DNA from: Rhodothermales bacterium | GTDB taxonomy: Bacteria > Bacteroidota > Rhodothermia > Rhodothermales > JANQRZ01 | Assembly (NCBI GenBank): GCA_039944855.1 | Contig: JBDUXZ010000005.1 | Location: 372,676-436,675, forward strand | Length of the DNA stretch: 64,000 nt | Reading direction: 5' to 3' | Part shown: piece after piece, positions 37,653-46,358 of the stretch | Layout of the letters: each line of letters starts with the position of its first letter | How positions within the stretch are numbered: position 1 is the first letter of the stretch | The notes under the pieces: generated by a model | The model's input: only the letters and a program-made list of their open reading frames with translations | What the model was told of the DNA's origin: nothing | The model's database searches: none | Made by a program: the position numbers and the translations under genes

Positions 37653-37884
37653 GAAGCGCTCTCCCATAATGAGGGCTATGCGATTATGGAAGTGGCGGGT
37701 GGCCGTCTGCAGGGGGGGGGCGCAACAGGTAAGAATTGAATCGGACGTACGCGGGCCGGGTCGGCGCTGCTCGGTGACACGGGGCGGCCGGGGCGTGAGG
37801 CAGAGCGGCGTGCCCTTCGCATCCCTCCCTCGCGCGCGTCGTAATGTTCGGGTACAACTTCTTTGTAATACGAACGCTACCGCC

Positions 37885-38931
37885 ATGCGCCTCCGCCACC
37901 TCCCCACCGCCGCGCTGCTCGTCCTCCTCGCGAGCCCGGTCGCCGCCCAGCAAAACCTCACCGTCCCCCGTGCGAGCCCGCACGCGACCGTCAGCCAGCG
38001 GATCGGCCTCACCGACGTCACCGTCGACTACCACCGGCCCGCCGTGAACGGCCGCGCCATCTGGGGCGGGCTCGTCCCCTACGGCCAGGTCTGGCGCGCG
38101 GGTGCCAACGAGAACACGACGCTCACGCTCTCCTCGCCCGCGATGATCGGCGGCGCCGACGTGCCAGCCGGGACGTACGGCCTCCACGTGATCCCGGCGG
38201 CTCAGGGTCCGTGGACCGTCGCGCTCAGCTCGATGGCCGATGCGTGGGGCAGCTTCAGCTACGACCCCTCGGAGGACGTCGCCCGCTTCTCCGTCACGCC
38301 GCGCGCCGCGCCGATGGAAGAGTCGCTGAGCTTCCGCTTCGACGATCCAACGAACGAGGCGGCGACCCTCGTCCTCGCGTGGGAGGAGATGGAGGTCCCG
38401 ATCCCGATCTCTGTCGATACGCCGAGCGTCGTCCTCGCGAACATGGAGCGGGAGATGCGGAGCCTGCCGCGCTTCTCGTGGCAGGGCTGGAACCAGATCG
38501 CCGCGTGGGCCCTCGCCAACGACCTCCGGCTCGGCGACGCGCGCGGCTGGGCCGAGCAGTCCGTTTCGATCAACCGCACGTTCACGAACACGATGACGCT
38601 CGCGGCGATCCACGCCAAACTCGGCAACGAGCGTGACGCGACCTCGACGCGCGCCGACGCGATGGCGCTCGCTACGGAAGCCGAGATGAACACGTACGGC
38701 TACCAGCTCATGGGCGCGGGCGAGATGGCCGAAGCCCTCGCCGTCTTCCGCAAGAACGTCGCCGATCACCCCGACTCGTGGAACGTGTGGGACAGCCTCG
38801 GCGAAGCGCTCGCCGCGCAGGGCGAAACGGCCGAGGCGACGGAGATGTACGAGAAGGCCCGCGCCCTGTCCCCGCAGGCCCAGCACGCCCGTATTGACGG
38901 CGTCCTCGCCGGATTACGTGGGTCGAACTGA
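37885..38931 (+). CDS. Secreted DUF2911-domain protein with a C-terminal TPR module
   Basis: Signal peptide MRLRHLPTAALLVLLASPVAAQ. VDYHRPAVNGRAIWGGLVPYGQVWRAGANENT is DUF2911-like. The C-terminal TPR resembles that of the S41-like protein. Confidence 0.7.
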   Translation: MRLRHLPTAALLVLLASPVAAQQNLTVPRASPHATVSQRIGLTDVTVDYHRPAVNGRAIWGGLVPYGQVWRAGANENTTLTLSSPAMIGGADVPAGTYGLHVIPAAQGPWTVALSSMADAWGSFSYDPSEDVARFSVTPRAAPMEESLSFRFDDPTNEAATLVLAWEEMEVPIPISVDTPSVVLANMEREMRSLPRFSWQGWNQIAAWALANDLRLGDARGWAEQSVSINRTFTNTMTLAAIHAKLGNERDATSTRADAMALATEAEMNTYGYQLMGAGEMAEALAVFRKNVADHPDSWNVWDSLGEALAAQGETAEATEMYEKARALSPQAQHARIDGVLAGLRGSN

Positions 38932-38995
38932 AAGCGTGATGCCCAGAACGTGTGTTGCCGGCACCCTCACGCATCACGCTTCACGTGTCCTCTCA

Positions 38996-39870
38996 GAGAC
39001 TGTTTGGGGAACGGCTCAGTGGAAGCCTATGGGCGCCCGTCGGCGTCTGGAAGAGCCCTGATTCGCTCACCAGACGCCCGGACCCATGCGCTCGCAACGC
39101 TACGGCTCCGACCTGACGGACGCCCAGTGGGAAGTTATCGCTCCGCTGCTCGCAGGTCATCGCTCCATCAAGCACCCCCCTCGCCGCATCCTCGACGCCC
39201 TGCTCTACCTCGCCAAGACCGGCTGCCAGTGGCGCTACCTCCCCGGCGCCTACCCGCCTTGGCAGAGCGTCTACTACGTCTTCCGACGGTGGATGGCACG
39301 GGGGCTCCTGAGGGCGCTCGTCCACCGGCTCCGCCGCCTCGTGCGCATCCGCCTCGGTCGCGCACCAAGCCCGTCGGCGGCCATCATCGACTCGCAGTCG
39401 GTCAAGACGAGCCACGTCGGCGGCGAGCGTGGCTTCGACGGGGGCAAGCTCGTCACCGGCCGGAAGCGCCATATTCTGGTCGATACGCTCGGGCTGCTGC
39501 TGGCCGTGCTGGTTCACCGGGCCGACCTCAACGACAGCCAGCGCGCGCCGCAGTTGCTCGACCGAGTGCAGGGGGAGGTCCCTCGGCTGGAAGTCGTCTT
39601 CGCCGACGCGGGCTACCGCTACACGCCTGCGGGCTTGATCTGGCGCGTGTTCGGGTGGCTGTGGCAGGTGGTCGAGCGGGAGCCGGGGCAGCGGGGGTTC
39701 GTCGTGCTGAAGAAGCGGTGGGTCGTCGAGCGAACGTTCGCGTGGTTCGGCGGGTACCGCCGGCTCTCGAAGGACTACGAGCGGCTACCCGCCGTCAGCG
39801 AAGCGTTGGTCCAACTCAGTGCGATTCGGTTGATGGTTCGACGCATCGCCTAGCTTCCCCAAACAGTCTC
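38996..39870 (+). mobile_element. IS5-family insertion sequence (IS427/IS1031-like), apparently intact
   Basis: Perfect 16-bp terminal inverted repeats: GAGACTGTTTGGGGAA (38996-39011) and its complement at 39855-39870. Flanked by a direct TCA (38993-38995 and 39871-39873). A single transposase ORF lies inside. Confidence 0.9.
39086..39853 (+). CDS. IS5-family DDE transposase
   Basis: LTDAQWEVIAPLL...GCQWRYLP...IIDSQSVKT...GKLVTGRKRHILVDT...ADAGY...VERTFAWF..YRRLSKDYE are classical IS5/IS4-type motifs. Confidence 0.92.
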   Translation: MRSQRYGSDLTDAQWEVIAPLLAGHRSIKHPPRRILDALLYLAKTGCQWRYLPGAYPPWQSVYYVFRRWMARGLLRALVHRLRRLVRIRLGRAPSPSAAIIDSQSVKTSHVGGERGFDGGKLVTGRKRHILVDTLGLLLAVLVHRADLNDSQRAPQLLDRVQGEVPRLEVVFADAGYRYTPAGLIWRVFGWLWQVVEREPGQRGFVVLKKRWVVERTFAWFGGYRRLSKDYERLPAVSEALVQLSAIRLMVRRIA

Positions 39871-39920
39871 TCAGAACTCGTAGGGCATGGGTAGCCTCAG
39901 CCCCCACAGTTCCCTCCTTC

Positions 39921-40718
39921 CTATCCTATCGGCTTTCCAAAAATATGAATCGTACGATCGACCGGCTCCCTGTCCCAGGGTAGCACTTCATCTTCCCCAG
40001 GGAATTGCCTCCACCATTCGTACGACTCCCACCCTACCAACTCGAGGATCTCCTCTGCGCTAGTCCCATACCTACTCAGAGAAGAGGTGTGTATTTCTAG
40101 AGAGATCTTCGGCTTTGTCGCTAATACCTGCTGCGCTCCTTTGAGTAGGGTTGCTTCGAACCCCTCCACGTCGATCTTCAGTAGCGTAGGCTTAAGATGG
40201 AGGTAATCGTCCAGACGCACCACCGGTACGTCAATCCCTGGCCCTTTCGGGCTGACCTGCGCATTCGACTCGTCCGTAATACGTACCTGTCCCGGCTCCT
40301 GGCCTACAGCCGCTGGCACTATCTGCACGTTTTCGAAACCGTTCAGTTCTACTTGACGCTCCAAGATCTCCACGTTGCGCGGGACGGGCTCGAACGCGAC
40401 CACCTTCCCCTCTTGCCCTACGCGATGGGCGAATAAGACAGTGAGTTCACCATGGTGTGCGCCACATTCGAAGATGACATCTCCAGGCTCGACCATATGC
40501 TCCCACAGGAAAGCGATCTCCCCCGTGTCCCCCCCCCATTCAAACCACATCTCTCCAACACGATCACCCAAAAAGAACTTAAAGCGATGACCGAATCGCT
40601 CGAACTCAGTCACATAGGGGCTAAAATTTCGATTCCGAATTCGGAACAGGCTACGTTTCATGAACGCCCGAACGCTCTGGGGGGCTAATGCAGCAATATT
40701 CTTTACCAACGAAGCCAT
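39921..40718 (-). CDS. FkbM-family SAM-dependent methyltransferase
   Basis: VIFECGAHHGELTVLFA...VVAFEPVPRN...ELNGFENV. Lower-GC patch (spot counts 48-60%). Confidence 0.75.
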   Translation of the reverse strand: MASLVKNIAALAPQSVRAFMKRSLFRIRNRNFSPYVTEFERFGHRFKFFLGDRVGEMWFEWGGDTGEIAFLWEHMVEPGDVIFECGAHHGELTVLFAHRVGQEGKVVAFEPVPRNVEILERQVELNGFENVQIVPAAVGQEPGQVRITDESNAQVSPKGPGIDVPVVRLDDYLHLKPTLLKIDVEGFEATLLKGAQQVLATKPKISLEIHTSSLSRYGTSAEEILELVGWESYEWWRQFPGEDEVLPWDREPVDRTIHIFGKPIG

Positions 40719-40923
40719 AGTTATTTAGCTATTGATACACGCATCAATCACGCAACAAAGCGTATCGGACTGGTAGTTCGCGGCCTCAGGAGCAACGAAC
40801 CCTACGCTGTAACCCGCCCTCAATCGCGTGTAGCGCTCAGAAGCTGTTTGGGAATCACCATCGGGGACTGCAAGCGGTGCGAACTGGTCCGTCAGTGTTG
40901 CACCCGAGGTCGAAACAGCCTCC

Positions 40924-41958
40924 TTACATGTCTTCCCAGAACTCATCAGGCATGTCTTGGGCGAGCGCGAGGGCACCCTCAGCCCCGGCGAAGAGCGGGT
41001 CGTCGACGACGCGGACGCGGCAGGGGCCGTACTCCTTGAGCGCGTCTTCGATGGCCTCGGCGATGCCCTTGATTTGGCTCCCGCCGCCGGCGACGTAGAT
41101 GTTCTTTTTGACTAGCTCTTGGAAGTCCGGGTCGTATCGCGCGATGAGGTCGATGGCCGTCTCGGTGATGGCCGGGACGATGCTCTCGCACGCCTCCTTC
41201 AACTCCTTCGCTACGTCGATGTCCGTCATCTTGCCGCCGACGGACGCCTTCATCGGGAGCTTGCCGTTGGCGGTGCCGACGTAGCCGTGCTGCTCTTTGA
41301 AGTGCCGCACGGCGGTCTCGGAGAACCGCGCCTCGGGGTGGCGCTCTTCGAGGAGCCCCTTGAGGTGGCGGTCGACGTAGTCGCCGGCGAGCGTCAGCGT
41401 GCGCTGGTCCTCCTCGGTCGGCATCGTGCCGTGCATCACGCAGAAGTCGACGGTGCCGGCGCCGATGTCGATCACCATCGCGTTCGTGAGCGCGTCGAGC
41501 CCGTAGGCGACGGAGAACGGCTCGGAGACGACCATGAGGGCGTCGGCGTACTCGCGCACGGCGTCGCGGATGGCGAGCTTGTTCACCTTGAGCGCCTCGG
41601 CGGGGACGCCGACGGCGGCCTGGATGCGCTGGCCCTCCTCGGGCTTCACCTCCTCGATGAGGTGGTGGATCAGCTCGCGCACGGCCTCCTCGTCGCGGGC
41701 TGTGCCGTCACGGATGACGCCATTTTCGAGCGGGCGCACGAGCGTGACCGACATCCGGTTTTCGAGGGCCTTCTCGCCGAAGAGGATGTCCTCGCCGAGC
41801 ATCTTCTTGGCCACGAAGTCCTTCGGCCACGCGACGTAGCTCTCGACCCACGTCCGCTTCCCGTTGGAGGCGACGATCGCGCTCCGCGACGTGCCGAGGT
41901 CGATGCCGATGTGGAGGATGTCGGCCTTGCTGGAAGCCTTAGTTTTCTTCTGAGCCAT
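40924..41958 (-). CDS. Actin-fold ATPase, MamK-like rather than MreB-like
   Basis: Phosphate-1 HIGIDLGTSRS, VSEPFSVAYGLD, phosphate-2 VIDIGAGTVDFC, adenosine motif VAGGGSQIKGI. 344 aa. Confidence 0.75.
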   Translation of the reverse strand: MAQKKTKASSKADILHIGIDLGTSRSAIVASNGKRTWVESYVAWPKDFVAKKMLGEDILFGEKALENRMSVTLVRPLENGVIRDGTARDEEAVRELIHHLIEEVKPEEGQRIQAAVGVPAEALKVNKLAIRDAVREYADALMVVSEPFSVAYGLDALTNAMVIDIGAGTVDFCVMHGTMPTEEDQRTLTLAGDYVDRHLKGLLEERHPEARFSETAVRHFKEQHGYVGTANGKLPMKASVGGKMTDIDVAKELKEACESIVPAITETAIDLIARYDPDFQELVKKNIYVAGGGSQIKGIAEAIEDALKEYGPCRVRVVDDPLFAGAEGALALAQDMPDEFWEDM

Positions 41959-43042
41959 GGGGGGTAACGGTCGGGGTAGGGGTGAGCTGGCGTTGCTGAA
42001 GGTACGCGATAATGCCCTCTTCGAGGGATTGGGCGAGGGCCTCGCGGTGCGCGGCGGTGCCGAGGCGCGCCTCCTCGTCGGGGTTGCTGATCGCCGCCAT
42101 CTCGGCGAGGATCGCGGGCGCCTCCACGCCGAGGAGGACGACGAACGGCCCGGCTTTGACGCCCCAGTCGCTCGCCGCGGCGTTCGTCTCGCCCACGCTC
42201 CGCACGAGGCTGTGCTGGACCGCGCCGGCCAGCTCCTTCGACTCCTGGAATTTAACCGTATTCCCGGCACGCTGCAGCATCATGTTAAACTCGGCCACGG
42301 AGTAGTCGGCGGCGGCGTTCTCACCGTGCGCGAGCTGGAGCGTCGCGTCGTCGGTTTGAAGCCCAAAGTAGTACGTTTCGAGCGGGGCGACGCGCTTGTC
42401 GGGAATCCAGTTGACGTGGAGCGAGACGAAGAGGTCAGCCTCGTGCTCGTTCGCGTAGGCGACGCGGTCGCCGAGCGCGACGGCCTCGTCGGCCTCACGC
42501 GTCAGGAGGATGCGATAGCCCTCGCGCCGCCGGAGCCGGTCGCGGAGGCGGAGGGCCACGTCGAGCGTGATGTCTTTCTCACGCATGCCCGTCGCGCCGA
42601 GCGTGCCGGGGTCGCGCCCGCCGTGGCCGGGGTCGATGACGATGGTGTTGACCTGGAGGTTGAAGATGTCGGCGAGGGCGAGGTCCTCGGGGTGCTCCAC
42701 GGAGAAGCGCGCGTTCGTCGCGGGGTCCATCGCCGGCCCCATCACGGGGCCGTACTGCCCCATCCTCCTCTCCGCTGCCTGGCCGCTGTCGGGTGCCGCG
42801 CCGGCCTGCAGCCCCTGCACGATGACACCCACGAGCACCACGCCGAGTACGGCGAGGCCGACGATGGCCGAGGCGTACCGCCGCGAAACGGTCGGCGGCG
42901 GCGGCGCCTCTAGCGCTTGTGGGCGCCTGATCGGGCGCGATCGGGGTTTGGTCACCGGGTCCGCCACACGCAGGTTGTCCTCGTAGACAGCTTGGAGGAT
43001 GTCGCGCTTGTTGGACGGTCTGGGCGGTGGCACGGCGGCCAT
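41939..43042 (-). CDS. N-acetylmuramoyl-L-alanine amidase (Amidase_3, AmiC-like), membrane-anchored
   Basis: VIDPGHGGRDPG, DLFVSLHVNW. One N-terminal TM helix. Its last 20 nt overlap the MamK-like start. Confidence 0.85.
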   Translation of the reverse strand: MAAVPPPRPSNKRDILQAVYEDNLRVADPVTKPRSRPIRRPQALEAPPPPTVSRRYASAIVGLAVLGVVLVGVIVQGLQAGAAPDSGQAAERRMGQYGPVMGPAMDPATNARFSVEHPEDLALADIFNLQVNTIVIDPGHGGRDPGTLGATGMREKDITLDVALRLRDRLRRREGYRILLTREADEAVALGDRVAYANEHEADLFVSLHVNWIPDKRVAPLETYYFGLQTDDATLQLAHGENAAADYSVAEFNMMLQRAGNTVKFQESKELAGAVQHSLVRSVGETNAAASDWGVKAGPFVVLLGVEAPAILAEMAAISNPDEEARLGTAAHREALAQSLEEGIIAYLQQRQLTPTPTVTPHGSEEN

Positions 43043-43347
43043 GAGCGGGCGTGGTGGGCGGCGGCTCGGGGGAGGATTATCGGCGGTGGCGCGCTCGAAG
43101 TATACATACGCCGCATAGCCTCCCGCGATGCGAAAGGACCGCGACGGCGCCCCGCACCCGGAGGCGGGCAGACGACGGAGGAGGCTACCCCCGTCCCCAC
43201 CCTCGGGTTCTCCGCCCTCGACCTGACGTTCGTCGCAAGATCGGAGCCCTTCATCGCACCGAAGAGCCGCCCGGCAGCATCGCGATTCGGGGCTCCGCCT
43301 CCCGCACTACCTTCGGGCGTCCTCTCCTCCCTCCTCTCTCGCCGCCG

Positions 43348-43824
43348 ATGCTTCGCCGCTTGCTCCTCCCCGCCCTCGCGCTCGCCCTCCTCCCCACCGC
43401 TGCGCACGCGCAGACGCCGGAGGCGGCGGCCGTCATGGCCCCGATCCACCGCCTCTTCGACGGTATGCGCGCCGCCGATACGACCATGATGCGGTCCGCC
43501 TTCCACGACGGTTCTACCCTCCTCTCCGTCGGACTCGACCGCGAGGGCACCGTGACCGTCCGCGAGACGCCCATCGACCAGTTCATGACTGGCGTCGCGC
43601 AGCCGCACGACGAGGTGTACGACGAGCGGCTCGGCGAGCCCGAGATCCGCATCGACGGCGACCTCGCGACGGTGTGGGTGCCCTACGGGTTCTACCTCGG
43701 CGACACGTTCAGCCACTGCGGCGTCAACGCCTTCCAGCTCGCCCGGCTCCATGGGGACTGGGTGATCATCCACACCGCCGACTCGCGCCGCCGCGACAAC
43801 TGCGATCCGGCCGTCGCGCCGTAG
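43348..43824 (+). CDS. Secreted NTF2-like (SnoaL/DUF4440-type) protein
   Basis: Signal peptide MLRRLLLPALALALLPTAAHAQ. ~158 aa with an NTF2-like pattern. Weak assignment. Confidence 0.5.
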   Translation: MLRRLLLPALALALLPTAAHAQTPEAAAVMAPIHRLFDGMRAADTTMMRSAFHDGSTLLSVGLDREGTVTVRETPIDQFMTGVAQPHDEVYDERLGEPEIRIDGDLATVWVPYGFYLGDTFSHCGVNAFQLARLHGDWVIIHTADSRRRDNCDPAVAP

Positions 43825-43869
43825 CGAGCCACGCTGTAGATTCGGGCGATTCGCCCTGACCTCGCCCGG

Positions 43870-44625
43870 ATGATCCGCCAGCCCTACGTCCTCTCCCGCC
43901 CGCAGAAGCTCTACGTCGTCTGCGCCGCCATCTTCATCACGGCGCTCGTGATCGCCGAGGCGACGGCGAGCAAGTTCTTCACCGCGTTCGCCCTCCCCGT
44001 CCCCATCACCATCCTCGGCCTCGAGTTCACATCCGTCATCATGACGGCGGGCGTCATCGCCTTCCCGGTCACGTTCATCGTGACGGACCTGCTCAACGAG
44101 TACTACGGCAAGGCGGGCATCCGCTTCGTCACGTTCGTCGGGATGGCGATGATCGTGTTCGAGTTCGCGCTCTTGCAGGCGGCGATGGCGGTCCCCACGG
44201 CGGGCATCTCGCCCGTACCCGCCGAGGCGTTCGACCTCGTCTTCGGCGCAACGGGGCGGATCATCCTCGGCAGCCTCGTGGCCTACCTCGTCGGGCAGCT
44301 CGCCGACATCACGCTCTTCCACTGGCTGCGGCGGCTGACGCAGGGCCGCCACCTCTGGCTCCGCGCGACGGGCTCCACCTTCGGCTCGCAGTTCCTCGAC
44401 ACGGCGATCGTGCTGACGGTCGCCTTCGCCGGCCAGCTCGCGCTCGGCGAGATCGTCGCGATCACGCTCTTCAACTACTCGTACAAGCTCGTCATCGCCG
44501 TCGCCATCACGCCGCTGATTTATGCGGCGCACTGGGTGATCGATCGCTACCTCGGCGACGAGCTCGCCGAGGCGATGATCGAGCAGGCCGAGGCGGACGC
44601 GGCCGTGCTGCCCGGCGCGGCCTGA
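43870..44625 (+). CDS. Queuosine-precursor transporter (YhhQ/DUF165 family)
   Basis: A 251-aa polytopic protein. FPVTFIVTDLLNEYYG and the overall layout are typical of YhhQ. Confidence 0.75.
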   Translation: MIRQPYVLSRPQKLYVVCAAIFITALVIAEATASKFFTAFALPVPITILGLEFTSVIMTAGVIAFPVTFIVTDLLNEYYGKAGIRFVTFVGMAMIVFEFALLQAAMAVPTAGISPVPAEAFDLVFGATGRIILGSLVAYLVGQLADITLFHWLRRLTQGRHLWLRATGSTFGSQFLDTAIVLTVAFAGQLALGEIVAITLFNYSYKLVIAVAITPLIYAAHWVIDRYLGDELAEAMIEQAEADAAVLPGAA

Positions 44626-44652
44626 CCGCCCCGGCCCGGACCGGTGCCGCCG

Positions 44653-44973
44653 TCAGTCGCGGCTCTTGAGGAACCACACGACGCCGGTGACACCGAGCGC
44701 GAGGGCGAGCCCGGTGAGCACGGGCGGCGAGGTCACGACGGTCAGCCAGTGGCTCTCCGGCGCCGTCCCCTTGTCGAACGAGTGCTGCGCCTCGATCTGC
44801 CCGTCCTCGCCGTGGATCACGACGCGGCTCGGCGCCTGCTTCCGCGCGAACGTCTCGGCGTACTGGACGGCTTCTTTCTGCGTGCCCGCCACGCGCGACG
44901 CCTGCTCGGAGCCCTGCTTCTTGACGGCCCACTCGTCGCCGCTCGGGACGACGTGATACACGGTCTGTGCCAT
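44653..44973 (-). CDS. DUF2188-like protein with a C-terminal TM helix
   Basis: YHVVPSGDEWAVKKQGSEQASRVAGTQKEAV is the DUF2188 pattern. Start set at MAQTVYHV. Confidence 0.6.
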   Translation of the reverse strand: MAQTVYHVVPSGDEWAVKKQGSEQASRVAGTQKEAVQYAETFARKQAPSRVVIHGEDGQIEAQHSFDKGTAPESHWLTVVTSPPVLTGLALALGVTGVVWFLKSRD

Positions 44974-45108
44974 GAGAACTGCCTCTGCTTGATGGGGAAG
45001 GGAGAGTAGGTGGCACATGATACGCACCTCGCACAATTCGAGGCCACGCTAAACTCTACGCCCGTCCTCCCGTAGACGCCCGTACCTGTTCACCTCACCC
45101 ACGCAGCC

Positions 45109-45474
45109 ATGAACGACACGCTCCACCCGGCCCTCTCCGACGAAGCCTGCAAAACGGCCTCGCTCCTCCACCTCAGCGCCCTCGTCGGGCTCCTCGGCAA
45201 CGGGATCGGCTTCCTCCTCGGCCCGCTCGTCGTGTGGTTCCTCAAGCGCGACGAGGACCCGTTCATCGACGAGCATGGCAAGGAGGCGGTCAACTTCCAG
45301 CTCTCGATGTTCCTCGCGGCGATCGTCTCGGCCGTGCTGATCGTCTTCCTCATCGGCTTCGTGCTGCTCGGGATCGTGGCGATCGCGATGGTGGTCTTCC
45401 CGATTATCGCCGCGATGAAAGCGCGGGACGGCGAGATGTACCGCTACCCGGCCACGATCCGGTTTATCAAGTAG
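45109..45474 (+). CDS. DUF4870 membrane protein
   Basis: LLHLSALVG...GPLVVWFLKRDEDPFIDEHGKEAVNFQLS is typical of DUF4870. Confidence 0.7.
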   Translation: MNDTLHPALSDEACKTASLLHLSALVGLLGNGIGFLLGPLVVWFLKRDEDPFIDEHGKEAVNFQLSMFLAAIVSAVLIVFLIGFVLLGIVAIAMVVFPIIAAMKARDGEMYRYPATIRFIK

Positions 45475-45580
45475 TTCGGCATCTAATAGTCCAGCCTGCT
45501 AGATGGGCGGAAGAGGAGGGTGGTGAGGTCGCCGGCACCGTACCTTCGCGGTGCCTCCCGTCCCCTCTTCCCGCTCTCCC

Positions 45581-46330
45581 ATGTCCGCCCTCGAAGGAAA
45601 AGCCGCTATCGTCACCGGAGCCTCCAGTGGCATCGGTGCCGCCACGGCCCGCGCCCTCGCCCGCGCCGGGGCGTCCGTCGCCCTCGCCGCCCGCCGCGAG
45701 GACCGCCTCCACGCCCTCCGCGACGAGATCGAAGCCGACGGGGGCCGCGCCCTCGTCGTCGCCACCGATGTGACCGACCGCGCCGCCGTCCAGCGCCTCG
45801 CCGACCGCGCGAAGGAGGCGTTCGGTGCCATCGACGTGCTCGTCAACAACGCGGGCGTGATGCCGCTCTCGTACCTCAAGAACATGCACGTCGACGAGTG
45901 GCTGAAGATGGTCGACGTCAACGTGAACGGGGTGCTACACGGCATCGCCGCCGTGCTGCCAACGATGATGGCGCAGCGGAGCGGGTTCGTCGTCAACGTC
46001 TCGTCGGTGGCGGGGCGGAGCCTGTTCCCCGGCGGCGCGGTGTACTGTGGGACGAAGTTCGCCGTCCGCGCGATCTCCGAGGGGATGCGACAGGAACTGA
46101 CGCCGACGTTCGGCATCCGCGTCACCTGCATCGAGCCGGGCGCCGTTGCCACGGAGTTGGGCCAGGGCATCACGGACGAGGAGCTGATGCGGGACACGGC
46201 CGGCCTGTTCGACGGCGTCCAGTTCCTCGAAGCCGACGACATCGCCCGCTCGATCCTCCACACCCTCGAAGCGCCCCCGCACGTGGACGTGAGCGAAGTG
46301 CTCATCATGCCGTCCGGCCAAGCCCGGTAG
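45581..46330 (+). CDS. Short-chain dehydrogenase/reductase (SDR)
   Basis: TGASSGIGAATA, NNAG, and the catalytic Y-x-x-x-K in YCGTKFAV. Confidence 0.85.
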   Translation: MSALEGKAAIVTGASSGIGAATARALARAGASVALAARREDRLHALRDEIEADGGRALVVATDVTDRAAVQRLADRAKEAFGAIDVLVNNAGVMPLSYLKNMHVDEWLKMVDVNVNGVLHGIAAVLPTMMAQRSGFVVNVSSVAGRSLFPGGAVYCGTKFAVRAISEGMRQELTPTFGIRVTCIEPGAVATELGQGITDEELMRDTAGLFDGVQFLEADDIARSILHTLEAPPHVDVSEVLIMPSGQAR

Positions 46331-46358
46331 CGTTCCTTCTCCCCTACCCCCCGATCCG

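Noticed and set aside
40725-40976. 83-aa ORF between the FkbM gene and the MamK-like gene
   Set aside because: It has no motifs, overlaps the 3' end of the MamK-like gene and contains the IR-like remnant. It is probably non-coding.
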